A stretch of DNA of 64,000 bases from Balanoglossus misakiensis (taxonomy: Eukaryota; Animalia; Hemichordata), in contig CM082588.2 of the NCBI GenBank assembly GCA_040954595.2, positions 5,148,156 through 5,212,155 of the forward strand, given 5' to 3'. Positions 13,561 through 28,845 of the stretch are shown one piece after another; position 1 is the stretch's first letter; every line of letters starts with the position of its first letter. The notes under the pieces were generated by a model, which was not told where the DNA came from, searched no databases, and was given only the letters and a program-made list of their open reading frames with translations. Both the position numbers and the translations under genes were made by a program.

Positions 13561-16500
13561 ATCAAACGGAAAACAGGATACTTGTTACATGTACCAGGGT
13601 ACATTGGACACCACTGATACTATAATTTACAATGTACAATGATTGGGAAATCTATTTCAAACCTGACATGATCTGGAACCCAGATCATTGTTCAGTAATC
13701 CATCTTGGCATCTACCACCATTTGAATTCAGCAACTTTGAACTTGGCAGTGAACCAACACCTTGATATTTGGTATCTGTGGCAACAATCTACTGGAATAG
13801 GGCTATGGGATACCCCTTATTTGCTCAGCGCTGTGGAAAATAAACTATTAGGGTTATTTACGGCCAGGTGAAGAGCATCTATCAGTGATTCAGAAGTATC
13901 CCTCTTTAATGAAGTTCTCCTACAAGTGTATTGTTACTGCGCCCTCCATAGCAACAGTTATTGACCGCCCATGTCCCAAAGTGGCTGCTTGATCACCGCG
14001 CACCAGAATGCCAAGTGGCCATTCACTCAGCGCAGTTACGGTCTGTTTCATGGCTTAGCTCAAGTGCCCCCCAAACAACGCCATAGAGTCAGGTGCATCC
14101 TTAAACATGTTTCGCTCCAGAAAATGCATCTTATGTGGGACGTTTTTCCTGTTTTAAAAAATCTCTTACAATTATTACACATTGCAAAGTGTACTAGACG
14201 CAGATTCCATGGTTACATACAGGTACATCCACATCCAAAAGTACACCTCTAATTACAGTTTTGGAGGCACAGTACTTTTTAAATACACAAACCACGAACA
14301 CTACAGTACGAATAGTACATTACATGTGAAGATTTTGGACCTTGCAGTTTGGCTTCTACACTCATTATCTCGCAAAACGAGGAGGAAAAGAAATCTTGAT
14401 TGTACTAATTGTTATACCAGTTATCTGTAACCATGGTATAGTTTGGTTAAGCTGTACAATACCCGAGACTGGTCAATTTGGTCAATAAACATTCTGATCA
14501 AAAAGGCTGTTTTACTAATAAAATATTGCTTTGTAAATGCATGGGGACATAAACCATCCACGCAAATGGAGCAATCGCACTTTTATCAGAAATATGCTGA
14601 AAGGGGTACTGCTTTCATGGGCTGATTGCCGCCGATTAAAGGTTTTGGCACAAACAAGACGATAAGAAAATACTTAGTTTGCTTCATTAAATGAAAGCTA
14701 TTAAAATCAACAAGTTAATTGCTTGCTGATGGAACGAAAACAAGAAGGAGGCAACGTCTTAAGGGAAACTAAAAGGTTTTTTTAGTAAGAAGACTAGCAG
14801 TGGTTTTCTTAGTGAGGTGAGCTACAATGCTGGATCTGTGCCAGGCTTTGCACGGGACAATACAGCTTTGACAGGCAGGGAGCGCATAGATATATAGATC
14901 TGCCAATATCAAAGATACACGACCTTGGCTTTGTCGATTTCTGAAGCCCCGATGCACCCTGGCAATGGGTCTCTCTCAGTGTTTTGAGGCAGCAGCAAGT
15001 TCAATGCCAGGGCACAGACAACGGTGCATTGACAGAGTTAAATTGGTGCCTTTATTCATGCAGATTCTTCGGCCTAGAGTTCACGCAAAAGGCAAGACAC
15101 AGCATTGGGGTGCACAGACACTATTCATATAGTTCCCTCTGATCCAACAACCAACTACTGTACCTCTCACTGTAGGTACAATGTCCATGTACCTGACATC
15201 ACATCACTTCATAACCTAATCTACCACAATCATAAATAGTCACAACTCAGTAGGTTCTGTATATATCCTGGCTACACAATTTATACCACGAGTATACTTG
15301 AAAGGGAGCACGGCCTAATAACCTAGTAATATCATACAACGCTACATTGCACTCGAGTGCAATGGTTGTATCAATTTTTCAGGACTCTGATGGTGTACTA
15401 CACAAGTTACACGCGTACACGTTCAGGTATAGTCCGCTATGCAAGGAATTTAATGTATTTGCTGTACGTGAGATACAACTACATTAGGGAGTGAACTGCA
15501 AGCAATTAACAATTCAGATCCTGCTGAAAATATGTTTGGAATGGCTCAAAAACAACTGACCCACCCCATCTCCAACCCATTAGATTACAATTGCATTGTT
15601 TTCACAGACAGTCGTGTGTGTACTTGTTCTGAAACAAAGCTGTAAATACTGTAGGAGATAAGGGAAACTTTTGAAAAGTCCTTCCTTCTCATTGGTTAAT
15701 TCATATGGCAGAAGACAAAGCTGATGTAACACCAGTTCCTATAGGTTAATTTACACTGTGGAAGGTTAGACGTATATAACAGTTGATATTATTGGCTATT
15801 TCAGCAGAACCATCCTGATCAAATGAGATGCTTGCTTCTTTAGATATTATATCCTACAGTTTCTGTAATATTTAATGTTTTATTCCAAACGATGTTTATA
15901 TAATGTAGATGACAAGCTGTACCCGATACATAACGGATACATTTTTATTTTGTTCATAAATTTTGACCATTGCCCTTTCTCTAACTCCTAAGGGAAAATG
16001 CTACGTGTGAACGCACACGTCAAATTGTACCCTGTCCCGGACACTTGGCAGGAACTCACTTCTCTGAAAACTATTTGCGGTGCAGACATTTATTGGCTTG
16101 GCGTGGGACGGAGAGGGTCCCTCAAGTAGGGTTTGATGATGTTCTCTTGACAACCAAGCTATTCCGGATTAATTAATCTGACAATCACCCAGGACATAGT
16201 ATTTCATGTATGGGAAATGAATATTTACTTGACACCTTGGTGGCATTTCATTCTCTTCTTCTTTTGTTTTCTGTAACACATGATTGATTTATTTGTCAGT
16301 GAGTGAGTAAGTTAAGTTTGAGTCAATTGATAGTTTGATGTGTGTCGTGACTAGTCAGAAAGCAAGTATTACATTGTAAATGGCCTGGTGCTTTAGAGTT
16401 GAAAAGGGCAGGCAGTTAGCTTGACAGTTACACTGGCCGCCTTCTTTGATTCATGTCTTTTTCCTGTATTTCCTCAAACACATTTCCTGATAAAATTTCC

Positions 16501-18335
16501 AGATAATTTGAGCTGAGTTACATGTATACACGTTTGAAAATATAAAAAGTACATGTAGGAAACCCAGTCTGTATTTGATATAAATTTTGAGAATAATAGT
16601 AGAACATGCCATCTCAGCATAAAATTCTCTAAGATATGTTTCTTGTACATGTCGCAAAATACCTGTATACAGGTGATAAAATGAAATTTCTACAATTTCT
16701 AGAAAGTGACACAGTTATATGGTCAATGGCATGTATACAAAGCCAAGCATTGTCAGTGGCCAGTGGTAGTTTACAGCACATAGCGAAAATAGAATTTAAA
16801 CAACTCCTTCCATAATCAATTCTGTCACAGATGACGTAAGTTCAATAAACACCCTTCCTTTTCTGTGTACTCTTTGACATATTTAAGTTGGCATATTTTA
16901 TAATAAATAGGAAAATATCATTGAAACTTGGCAACACTTGCTTGGCAGAATATGACTAACAGAAGGGGGCCAGTCATCATATGTCGATTTTTTTGGTCAT
17001 TTCATGTTTCCGTGTGAGAGATTAATGATTTTCTGAGTATGCTGCATTGACAAGTTTTAACTTGGCCTGTTGCACAATGAAGCAAAGAAACAACTTCATC
17101 ATCTGTGCTAAAAATATATGTGTATGCACCATTTTTTTATTTCAGTATTTAAAGTAGGGCAACAGCGGTGCTTAGACAATGGCAAGTGACCGCTTCCGTG
17201 AGCACAGCACAGATGCCAGTTGCCGGCGAATATCGGACACCAAACGGAACTTGGGCAGAGTTCCACATTCAACCCCGAGACCTCCCCACTCATTGAAACC
17301 ATAGCTACCTGAAGACAAGTGTAAGGTAACTTAATAACAGGAATGAAATTAATACCAACCTGTGAGTCCTCTGTAGTGACGGTTTCCAAAGCAATCATTA
17401 ACAGTAATGTTATTGTCAAGGCAAGTTTAAGGGGTGTATAGTAATCACAGGTGAGCTTGTAAGAGATCATCGATAATGGTATTTCCTTTAATCCAGTAGG
17501 AGAATGCCAGTATTCCCTTTCAAAGGTTTTGTGGTAATATTTATTTCATGCACCCCGCATGGGAATATTCAATGTCTCAAACAAAACAATATCTGAGGCT
17601 CTGATACAGGGACGGCCAACTGAATCAACAGTCGATACACTAAAATCAGGAAGTGACCACGAGGTCACATGTCAACCTGTGATGTTCAAGCCACTACCAT
17701 CAGACCCAATAACACAGCTTGTTTTTCATAGTTCAAAATATTCCTGAAACCTATCCCCTTGGCTCTGGTTTCCAGCATGCGATTCCCAAATTCCGGGATT
17801 TCTATCGCGGTTTCCAAGCCTCCTTTGTGTGAGTGTGCACGGATCGCTGGGAAGGCAGAACTGTCCTCTATGCCGGACCACTCAACCCTCACGGCCATCA
17901 CTCCTCACCGGGATAAAATGGCAAATTTTGCCCCTCAAACCAAGCACATCCAATGTAAAGCTACACTTGCTGTGAAAGGATCGGAGAGATCCCTACATAG
18001 ATCCAACACACTGTGTTTATTGTACAGTTTTTTAATTCACAAATCACAACACAAACAAAACTGACCACACTGGAGCTATTGGTTCTCAGTCATGCGTGTT
18101 TGCAACGTTGAAACTGTAACAGTTGAGGTTGACAGGTTGGGCAGTGTTCCATCTATAGGATGGCATTATCAACAAGAGGGGATTGTCCGGGTTTGCCAGA
18201 AAATCTGGGGAGATTCCACTCTGGCAAGAGGGAGGGGGGTTGTAATATCTCAAACATGTGAGTGATATCATTGTAAGAGATCATGGTGATCACCCCTTGG
18301 TGATTCACCCCACCTCCCTGTCTAGTTGAAACACT

Positions 18336-18407
18336 GCCAGCCAGCCAGCCAACCAGCCAGCCAACCAGCCAGCCATCCATCCATCCCTCATCCAACCATC
18401 CATCCAT
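18336..18407. repeat. Compound microsatellite (GCCA)n/(TCCA)n
   Basis: Read directly from the sequence. Confidence 0.9.
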
Positions 18408-18601
18408 ATTTACATACACAGACAGAAACTGGATGCAGACCCCATAAGCTCCCACTGGTATATATATACTTCTACATGCACATGGTGGCAAATGGGAGCT
18501 AAAAGAGCAAAAGCATGTATGAGCATGCAAACATTACCAAGACAGTCAAGTATCAACAATATGCGAAACAGCAACAGCCATTTCTACTACATGTACGCTA
18601 C

Positions 18602-18760
18602 CTTAATACTGTTTCCTGATAAATTCAGCCACTCCAAATCGAAGAGTTCCCTCAGCCCCTCAATGAACTGTATACTGTTGTTGGTCAAGTTGAGGACTCG
18701 CAGTGTCCGCAGCCGGGCGACTCCATTCATACGCACCAACCTGTTGTTGGATATCGACAG
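18602..18760 (-). CDS. CEP97: CEP97 coding exon 3 (159 nt, LRR)
   Basis: ctctttccattgcag|CTG...AAG|gtagc; encodes [53 protein letters not shown]. Not in the ORF track; read manually on the minus strand. Confidence 0.95.
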
Positions 18761-20001
18761 CTGCAATGGAAAGAGAAGAAAGGGGGAATCAGTGATTTCA
18801 TACTGACATATTCAGTGATATTGTCAATAGTGTGATGATTATGCAATGGAATAAGAACACCTCGAACATTCCTGGCAAATTTTTTTCAAGCCCCCAGTAC
18901 TTCTTTTGTACGTCAACCATGACAATGGCTTTCATCTTCTCAGGGTGGCATTGCTGAAATCTGCCTTGGGGCACTGCACGGAATTAGACTCCAAGTTCTA
19001 GGTATTTAGAGAAGCACAAAGGAATCCACTCTTTGTACACATCAAACTGACAGTGTTATACACTATTAAACACGCATTGTATTTCAGCAATACCGTCCTG
19101 TTGTAAACATCACAACAGACTTTACAACTAAATTTTAACTGCATAGTTGGTGTTTAGAAATCATCACACACCCCCGGTGTATATCACCCTGACTGGCGAG
19201 TTTGACAAAACATACCGCAGCATTCTTAAAGAAGGCAATTTATTTCATGTCCATGACATCGTGACTGTTTTTGTGTTTGCAATATCACAACAATGACATG
19301 CTATTGTTACCAATTACTTGTCGGAGAGTACACCTCCATACAGATCATCACTAAAGGCGAATTGTTTACCACTAATTTCGGACGTTTCTAACTTTCACCA
19401 GAACTGAAAACTGCAAGCACTGCCCCAGGATATGAACTCGGTCTAAACTTAACACATCCAGCCCCTCGCAAATATCCTATGTGCCGTTCGAAATTTCAAC
19501 CCCAGCAAACCAAACCAATCCAGTTTTCACTAATACTCTCTGAGGTTAAAACATGATTTTCAATGCTTTATTTGGGGGATATGTGATTCAATTTTTGCAA
19601 TTATACCCGCGTGAAGCACAAAGACCATGTAACAATGCATTTCAGAATCTCCAAGTTCCGAGTATTCCAGTCCAGCGAAATACATTTTTGCTGCTAAAGA
19701 TTTTACCCGTTCAGAAAGTACCCTGGCGGTGCACTGAAACAAAACCAAACATTTCTGCGTTGCCACTGAAAATATCACCCCAGTATTGTCTCCTGGTATT
19801 TGATACAGCATTCAGTTCATGTGTGTGCAATGAAAAGGATATTAATAAGAAAATAAAGCTTTATCACATTACAATATAAAACTTGTGATTTTTAATTTTG
19901 ATAATTATATCCAGGGAGTTGTATATACATTTAGTCTTGACTAAAGTTACATGTACACTGTAGGTTCACTGGTTGGTGAAAGAAAACTAGCCAAATTTTT
20001 G

Positions 20002-20075
20002 CTGACTGACTGACTGACTGACTGACTGACTGACTGACTGACTGACTGATTGATTGATTGATTGATTGATTGATT
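20002..20075. repeat. Compound microsatellite (CTGA)n(TTGA)n
   Basis: Read directly from the sequence. Confidence 0.97.
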
Positions 20076-22143
20076 ATCTTTCCAACACAACCGCCTGTTG
20101 TATGCTAGCCAAAGATTCTACATACAAGCCAATGTTTTGCAGGAATGTGGTGTTCCTCAGTGTACACGCTCTGCCCTGCTTAGCATGAGGAATTTCTCCT
20201 TGTTTCCGAAGAACCACTTCAAGAAAACCGATCCCACCACAAAGGCATTTTTATGATTCACTTTGTTTAAGCACTCAGAATGCATTGTCGTTGCGTTGTC
20301 ATTGCACGGTATTTTATTTTTCGATGTCAAGTACTCGGACGATCTCTTGTTTTCCAGAGATGGTCAACCAACGGTGGAACTCCAACAATTCTAAAAATTC
20401 ATTGTTTATATTTAGGATAATTCAGCTCAGGTAGTGGGATGCGGGGAAAAACATGATGAGGATACACTTAAAACTGCATGAAGATCGCCATACGGATAAA
20501 CAAGTAAACTTGTAAAAATTATGCTTTTATAATATCACAATCAACAAATCTGCAGTATAAGAAAACCCTCAATTTTAATGCCAACTCAAGTTTTGCATAA
20601 CCATTTCACCACCATGGTTTATTCCAAATCCTTTGATTTCTATGGGAAAGTTGGACCTTTATAGAGCGAACTGGGGGGTGAAAGGGTAAAGGAAGTATGC
20701 GCCGAAAAGAAACAAGTTACCAAGGCAACACTGACAGCTTTATATTTTAGTTGACTGTCCGTGGATGAATTAGCTACAACAAGATAAGATTATCATGAAG
20801 ATGATGATGATAATGCTGGAATCACTTCAACAGATGGGTTTGAGTCAGAAAGGTCGCCCAACAGGCGGCGATCGTACAAACTACGATAAGCCACAAATGA
20901 CTGAAGCTGACGGGACAAAAAAGGACAATGACTTATTCTTGCAAATCTGAAAGCCGATTAAACTGTCCATCAATGCCATATCTCAAGTTTATTATTGGTA
21001 TTTGAGATCACATTAAAACCGATGCCACTGATATTATCACACAGAGATTCCATCAGCGAGGAAAACGTATGTCTGCGCGACTTTTGGCCTGGCCAGACTA
21101 TCAGGTACCTACGCAAGGCAGGTATTATCATGTATCAGATGAATGCCGCGCACTTTGGGGTGTCTCGCACGGGGTGAGAGTACTACTCACCACACAGGAA
21201 AAAAAAGGGGTGTGTGAGCGTACGTGTACCGCACTCTGCTCGGAGACAAAGCTGGCACGGGGCCAAGGTATTGTTGACAGCGTGGCCCCCATCGGCACCT
21301 GCCATCCCACCTTCACACTCCGATAGTTGGACGGCGGCCAAGCCGCCAATCAGTCAGTCAAGAACACAATTTGCAATAATCAACTCATTACAACCATCAA
21401 AGCCCTTCCCGAGAGACGGCCCTTTGTTCGCTGAAACAACAACTTTTGAGACCGCAAAATCCACACCGGATTACAATTATTTGATTGGCCGGTGGATGCC
21501 CTGTACAAACGTAACCCACACAGGTACATGTGTGTACAGTCTGTGTTTTTCCGCGATGTGAAGTTTGTAAAGAGCTGGTGACTGAGCTGCCTGCCCGCTC
21601 TGAAGCGATCGGGCAGTCTCCTTCCAACCCCTGAAGTTAACCTGTTTCAAACAAATCCCGTGATGACAAAAACCCCTTGAACTGTTTCTCAATTTATCAA
21701 CAACACTTGAACTTGACAGAGTACCAGCACTCGAGATGCCATTAATTGGATTTTAACGCACGCACTAAGTGGTTGCTGCCAAGATCTCGCTTTCTTGTCA
21801 TCGCAGAATCTATTCCCACCTGCTTTCCAATTCCATCCATCATACCAGCATACACGTACATAATGTAAAACCCTCAGCAGGTAATAACTTTCCTCACAAC
21901 AGCTATTACTTTGCACCCCGTACGCCCAAGTAAACCCATTCTTACAAATCAGAGTAAATACATGAACATTGTACTGCGGTGATAAATTTGTCGATATTTT
22001 AGCAGGTTGGCATAATGCCAACTTTGAGTGCACAGAAAAACACTACATAAAAGAAGTTGATACATGGCACAATATAGAAGCAGGTAGGGTTATGGGGGTG
22101 CATTTTTCAAAATTGACATTAAAACACTTCATCATTTATGGGT

Positions 22144-22157
22144 GTTTCCATGGAAAC
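22144..22157. promoter_or_regulatory. Perfect palindromic RFX X-box
   Basis: GTTTCCATGGAAAC in CEP97 intron 2; motif match only. Confidence 0.45.
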
Positions 22158-25100
22158 AATGTACTGCTTTAATTCATATATCACCAAACCCAGTGCCGGC
22201 CAATTAACAGGTTTTTTTCCCCGTTTGCACCTGTACTAGTCCGCAAGTCAATTTTATCATGCCGCACTATCACCCGTTACCATGGAGGCTGTGTGACCAT
22301 TTGAACTTTGGTCCGCGCAGTTTCTGGCGAAGCCGGCCCAAGCAATAGACACCGGTGACCTCTGTTATTTCATTACCTACTTGCAGGAACCCGCAGCTTC
22401 ATTTCACTGGATTAAGCCCCTGAATACTGATCTCTCATTATCAGGTGAATAACAGGTCCCTCTAATCCACTGCCCAGCTGGAGTGCCTTGGACGCCTGTG
22501 AATTACTTTCGTCTGACCAAACATTCAGCCTTTCAAGTTTGACTGTCCTGAGTGTGTACCATCTACGCATACTGCACATTATTTGGGGGTAGGGGGGGGG
22601 GAGACAATGCACAACCTGTCCCTTTTCTCAGAGGTATTCTCCATGAATGGTAAATGGTGATTCTGCATGGAAGACACCACAGGAGATTTTATACAAGTAA
22701 CACTCTTCTTTTCATCAGTACTGGCTGACTTCCTGTAATAGCACTTTCTTTTAATTTATTTGTTAGTGGCCAATTTTCAGTACTGTACACTAAAACAAAA
22801 CTAATTACAGTACATAAAGTCTGCTCATAACATAGGTGTTCTGTTGTAAAGGCTGGAACTTGATCATTACTTAGAAAGATGGCACTTTTCTGACTCATTC
22901 AAAGTACATGTACGTACTTCTGTCAACGGCAAGACCCTTCATCACTTCTGCAAATTGTTTCTAGAAAATCACAAGTGCAGGGGGACCCACATTTAGTTTA
23001 AAATGTCAGTGACAGGGTAAAACTTGCCAACGTGCATCACCACACGTGAGCTTTTCGAAACGATCTGTGAGCAGTGATCTCAGAGTACGTGTTGCACTTG
23101 GGATAATGTCAGTCTATTGTTATTCTGACGCCAAGGCATTCTTCTCGTCAAAAAGGCATAATGAAGAGACATCATAGTTCTCTGTGAGAAACTCCAGATG
23201 CTCAGGTTGACAGGGACCTACCTATTAAGCAAATGATTCCTGAAGTGCTTTACTGCCATTGCATGCTATTGATAGGTTGCTGAACTTTTGGTCAATGACT
23301 AAGTGACACCACTCGTACCAGGTGTGACGGTAAGTGACCATAATGAGAAACTATTCATCACCTGGTCTGCCCCGCTTGTCAAAACCGCCACACGTAATAC
23401 CGACATTAAAAAAACTCCTACTCAAATAGTGACAAATTCAGCCAGACTCCAGAGAGATATTTAGTTTCGTCCCGACAGATACAGGACACAAGTCAACAAA
23501 CTGATGATGGCCTGAGTAAACAACTCAGGTATTTCCGTGACAGGCCAAGTGCAAAATGATTCTCTCGGTCAAGTCATGAACACACACGAGATAAGCGCTA
23601 TTTGTCTGATAATGATGTTCGTGAAATTGGAAACATGTGTACCCGCTCTGACGATGTTGGCATGGCTTAGCACAGGGACATGAATCATGTAGCGTGTATT
23701 ACTCAGATCGGGTCTGGTGAAAATAGCATTGATCTTCCCATTCTCACTGATTTAGTCGTGGCAATGGCACGCATTCATTGGTGGTAGCATTTTCTTTTCT
23801 ATAATTCAAATATAATCTGTGTGAACACACAAATTAGAGAACATCAACGATATTCAAGTACATGTGTAAACAGAAAGTGCCGGACGAGTCAAGCTTGAGG
23901 TGCTGTGAGAAAATTTGACGTCGAATAGCAATTTGCAGTGCGGGGAAATTGAGTGCGGTACCGAAGTGTGAAGACCCCGCTTAATTGACCGTTGAAATGT
24001 CCCTCGCATGTTAAGTACATCCTCGCTGCGGGAATTTCCGATCTTTGTTGCGTGCTGATTACCTCTTTTGAGATCAAAAGGCAGCGGTGCTTTTCTGCAG
24101 AGTGCCGGCCACTTCAGAACAAAATTCCACTTCTCCATTTAACAGCCCGTCTGAGCACGCCCAGGAAACTTTCAGGATCTACATGTACCTGGTTGGGCTA
24201 GATTTGCCCCCACAAAAACACATTCCTACGATGTGCTAAACAGCCTGCCTTTCAATGCATTGGCAACATTATACAGTACCGATCAGAACCAAGTTTCCAA
24301 CTGTGCCAGCTCTGGGCTAGCCCATTGTTAACCCAGACTTGGCACGTCAGAAAAAAACTTGACACTGTACTGTATCAAGGTAGGCTTGAATTGGCCCCTA
24401 TTCTGGCATTTGTAATCTGCCTCATAGATGTCTACAGACAGCTAAATCATGGCACACGCAACACTTGAAAAGAAATCATCTCTTCGATTGCACAATGCCC
24501 AGTTTAACAGTGAGACATGAAATTTTATAGATCTGACCTTTCTTCCCCTAGCTTTGTCAGTTCTGTCTAGTTCTGACGTCTGACGAGCAGGCTAAGAATC
24601 TGATCATATAAAAGTTCTAAAGCGATGAGCTTTATTACAAGGACATAAAAACTGGGAATCTTTCACAACAAGGGCGCGTGCTGTAACATTGAGTAAAGTG
24701 CGTTTACATGTTTATTATTTGAGGCAGTGCGAATAAAATGCAGCCATGAAAAGATTAGCTGGAAGGTGAAAATGATAAAAGATGGCTACAGTTCTTTACG
24801 GCCTGAAAGTTGTGTTCAGATTTGAAAATGCCAGCAGTGGGTGGCACTCTCTGACTCATGAGTGAATAAATATGTATTGTATTGTCTCAAACTTCTACTG
24901 TTGTTCAAAATAAATATCTTCAAGTCATCAAGCCATGCATGCATGATTAAAATGCCCACTATTACATAAAAAAGCAAATGACTTTATCTTTAGTATTTCA
25001 TTGTCAAACTTACTAGATATATTCAATGATCTGTATACAGGAAAACGAAAATGATATTTGCCGTGTGATGTGGTGTTGAAACATGCCCGTGCTGAACATC

Positions 25101-25329
25101 AGCTTGTTTCAACATGCCCATCAGAAGTCCATTTTCCCTCCTTTTTTTTATTACTGAAACATGCAGGAACCAAAATGGAACTGCAAAATGTAAATACATG
25201 TAGCTCACCAGAATTTTTTTTAGTTGTACCGAGATTTTAAATTGTTTTTAAGATAGGGGTTCAAGAAACACTGTTGCTGTGTCTTTCCTTACTTATAATG
25301 TACTTGAATGCCTACGCCCCTCTACAGAT

Positions 25330-25371
25330 ATGTGTTTGTGTGTGTGTGGGGGGGGGGGGGGGGGGGGGGGG
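25330..25371. repeat. Short (TG)n followed by a 24-nt G homopolymer (25348-25371)
   Basis: Read directly; G-quadruplex-capable; homopolymer length may be imprecise in the assembly. Confidence 0.9.
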
Positions 25372-26695
25372 ATGGTGAGGGTTATTAAAAGTCCATGTGG
25401 GTTCATATGAACTATTGCAGGTACCTACAATAAAGGTGAACCACATACAGGCAGATACTTGGCCCTCCATAGAAAAATCAGTCCTCAATTCACTTCGTAA
25501 TATCATTGTGGAGAACCACAAAAGGCTGACGAGTTCTCTGTGTGCAAGGCGACATGAGAAGTTCAAGACGGGGTCAGACGTAGTCAATATCGAATCGTAA
25601 ACACCCACACTGTTGTCCTCTATTGATTGACGGTAAACATCAGCAACAGAAATAGCCTGACTCAGAATGAGATGGTCATAATTCTCCCGCCATTCAAACG
25701 TAATTGTCTGTTTGGCATTGTTTACTCAACGTCCCATCCTTGGATACACTATGGCGTCAATCGTTTTTTTTTGTAAAGCCCAACTCTGCCGATACTCCCG
25801 CCATTTCGTAATGTGGTTAAGTTCAGAAACCTTTGTGTCAATTTCCGACCTAATGCAGTAATCCACTATTGGTGTGTTCTGACACTTGTTCGTGTGGTTC
25901 TGCTACATGTATAACTGCGACATGTGGGCAGTTGCTATGCTCCAATGTCATTACCAAGCAATGTACTTGACCAATTAATCATCCTCAAAGTTCCCTGAAG
26001 GCTTATCAGAACCCCCCCCCCCTCCTCCCACCACCTCCCAACTCTCGACCATATGTCTAAAGGCTGTGTAAACAAGGTTCTGAATGGACGCAAATATGGA
26101 TCGATATCGCGAAGTACTACGCGGCCTGCAGCGGCAAAATAACACACCGACTCTCAAGGATTTCACACAAACAGACTCTGTTAGTTGGAAACGACAGTAT
26201 TTGGCGCCGCGGTTGTGGAGACAGTTCACGTGGCAACGGAAACTTTAGACAGCGCCGTGTTTGCCCAAGTCATTAGAGGCCAGGTCGTTGAAACAATTTA
26301 CAAGACTTACCCGTCTGCAGCTGAAGAAATGTCAATCAACACAAGAAACTTGTTTGGCAAATTCTGAAGACAGGCATAGAGCTGGACCCAGACTCGTACC
26401 TACATGTAAATGCTACAAAACTGTTTTTATCAAGACCGACACAAATGTACACACAGTCGGATATGATGTCAACAAGTGAAATTTGTTTACTTTTCTGTAA
26501 ACATCTGACGCGACAAACAACTTCACGAAACCCACGTGAGCCAATACGTGTTTGGCAAAGAACAACACAAAAGGTCCCAGTGTAATATAAAGCAAAGGAA
26601 GCCACGAGGACAATGAAACTGCTCTACACCGGTAACTGTCTGATTCAATAATCAATAAAAAACAGCACCTTCTGACGTGTTTTCTTTCAGTTTAT

Positions 26696-26913
26696 TTCAC
26701 CCTCTGAACGACAATTTGTCATCACCTTCCAAAAATAAACCCCTCACAACTTTTTCCACATTTTTTTCTAAAATTTTGATTAAGACATACAGACAATGAA
26801 AAATTGTATCCATTTTGTCTGAACTTATTGGAAAAATCAGGAAAAACTTGTGAAAAAAATAAAAATGTTGCACCATATTTTGACAGCGAAAAATGTCGTG
26901 TTCAAAAGGTTAA
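26696..26913. mobile_element. Degenerate ~220-bp MITE-like element with a TTAA end (piggyBac/Kolobok-type)
   Basis: Right end ...AAAAATGTCGTGTTCAAAAGGTTAA; its reverse complement TTAACCTTTTGAACACGACATTTTT aligns to the left end TTCACCCTCTGAAC--GACAATTTG; AT-rich interior. Confidence 0.5.
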
Positions 26914-28845
26914 TCTGAACTGTTAAATTTCCTGAATGGAGACAAGGAGCAGCACAAAGACAACAACCCTTACTTTCTGGAAAATTTTGCCACTAACAGT
27001 TTATATAAACTTTTTGTGCATTACCGCCACACATAGCAGAGTTCCTGAGACAGTAGGTATGTGAGAAACTTACAATGCCACATAGCTACTGGTTACCGGT
27101 TAATGTTTATCCTTTTCCTCAATTTACAAGCTCTATTGACTGAAAATATCGCAAACAATTAGCTGCAATGCAATGGAAAGTACCCCTGGAGAGAGTGACC
27201 CCATGCAAAGTACCAGATAGAAGTGCAGTCTCGGACCGACCGGCGTTTGAAGCGCAGCCAATCTGTCGGTCGGTAGGTGGGACACATACATGAACGTGCA
27301 TACGCACCGGCTGTCTTTCGACTCTCACATTCGGTACAAATACAGAAAGATATCGTACGACAGAATCAGCCAAAGGTTACAACTATCTCCCCGGGTGACA
27401 AGTACAGTATATAAACTAAAGGGGAGTGAACACACATGGTCACAAGATGCGAAGACCTCTTACAAACGGCCTTTGTTAGTACAGCAGTACCTGCATTTAT
27501 AATTTTACAATTCCCAAATGCACAAACAAACAAGAACAGGTGTTCTCTGAATACGCTTCTATCAACCAGCCAGGGTACGCGACAATTATAACATGATTCA
27601 TCGTCTAAACACCTCCGGGACAGCTTGTATCTCTTGAGTTCTCTAATTTTATTATTTTCTGAATGATAATTTTATATTTCAATACATCCCATCAGCTTAT
27701 CCGGTAACGGAATTTCCATTAAACTATCTTTTGTGGTTTATGAATAATAAATGTCCCTATTGAATAGAAATTAAAGAGAATCCTTCAACAATGCTAGTAA
27801 AAGGCTGTTTTAATTGACTAAGAGAGTTGAGCTATGAAACGTCACATACAATTACCCATGTGAATCTTTGAACATATTTCACAAAACACAACAAAGACCA
27901 TTTACCTGTTTCTCACATATAACCCCATTTAGAACTTTAAACAGGACAGAGCAATAATTTACAGAGCAAAGCTGATCGTGTTCTCAGTTACATGTCAACA
28001 CGTTTCAAAATTTGCACGCATATAGTGACCTTTGTTTTTTATCGTACATCTGATTCGGACAACAGCACAGAAAATTTATGAACCCAAGCGAAGCATATTT
28101 CGACCAAAGTGTGCAATGTAAAGCCATAATTACATGCCAGTATGCCACGCCTCACCAGAGAAGTGTTGACCCGACCCAATTAAAAGCAGCGTGTACTGCC
28201 AGCAACCCCTACAAATCCTGAAATAGTACCTGGGCTATTTTTGTTGCCTAGCCAACACGCTGCTTCACTACAGTGATGGCAGGTAAGGAGGCCGTTCAAA
28301 GAACTTAAGTGAATTGGTGCTAGGAATACAAGTTCAATACGACTCAACACACTATACATGGTCTTATCAGTCACCGCGTTCCACATATTTGTCACGCGCC
28401 AGTGCTTCAGAAACTTCATTTGATAACGATAAGAAATGCGCGATCGTATATTTTCTGCAGTGCTAGACAGTATATAGATATGATTGTCATTAATCACCTG
28501 ATTATGATGTACACGCGTTTTTTTCATAAATCACCTATAGTAAATTACAAACTGATAATTGGTGTGAGATATCAAACAGCTGCCTTTTCCCATTAAAATT
28601 GTCACATATACAATGCATGTGCATATACATGAAGGAACAGTATAATGAGTAAGAAGCACCTGCTCCAAGTTCCATGTATTTAACAGCATCATGCATTATA
28701 TATGATTTCCACTTTTTTTTGAAAATAAAAAGGAAGCCATCATCCACTCTAAGTCTATGCAACTTTCTTATTTATAAGCCTTACTTATACGATGTATGTA
28801 CTAATAAGTTTAAGCTGCTAGAAAGTTATATCTTACAATATGTAT

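Noticed and set aside
20560-20690. Segment ending GGGGGTGAAAGGGTAAA resembling a TTAA-type MITE end
   Set aside because: No convincing matching left TIR or second copy within the window.
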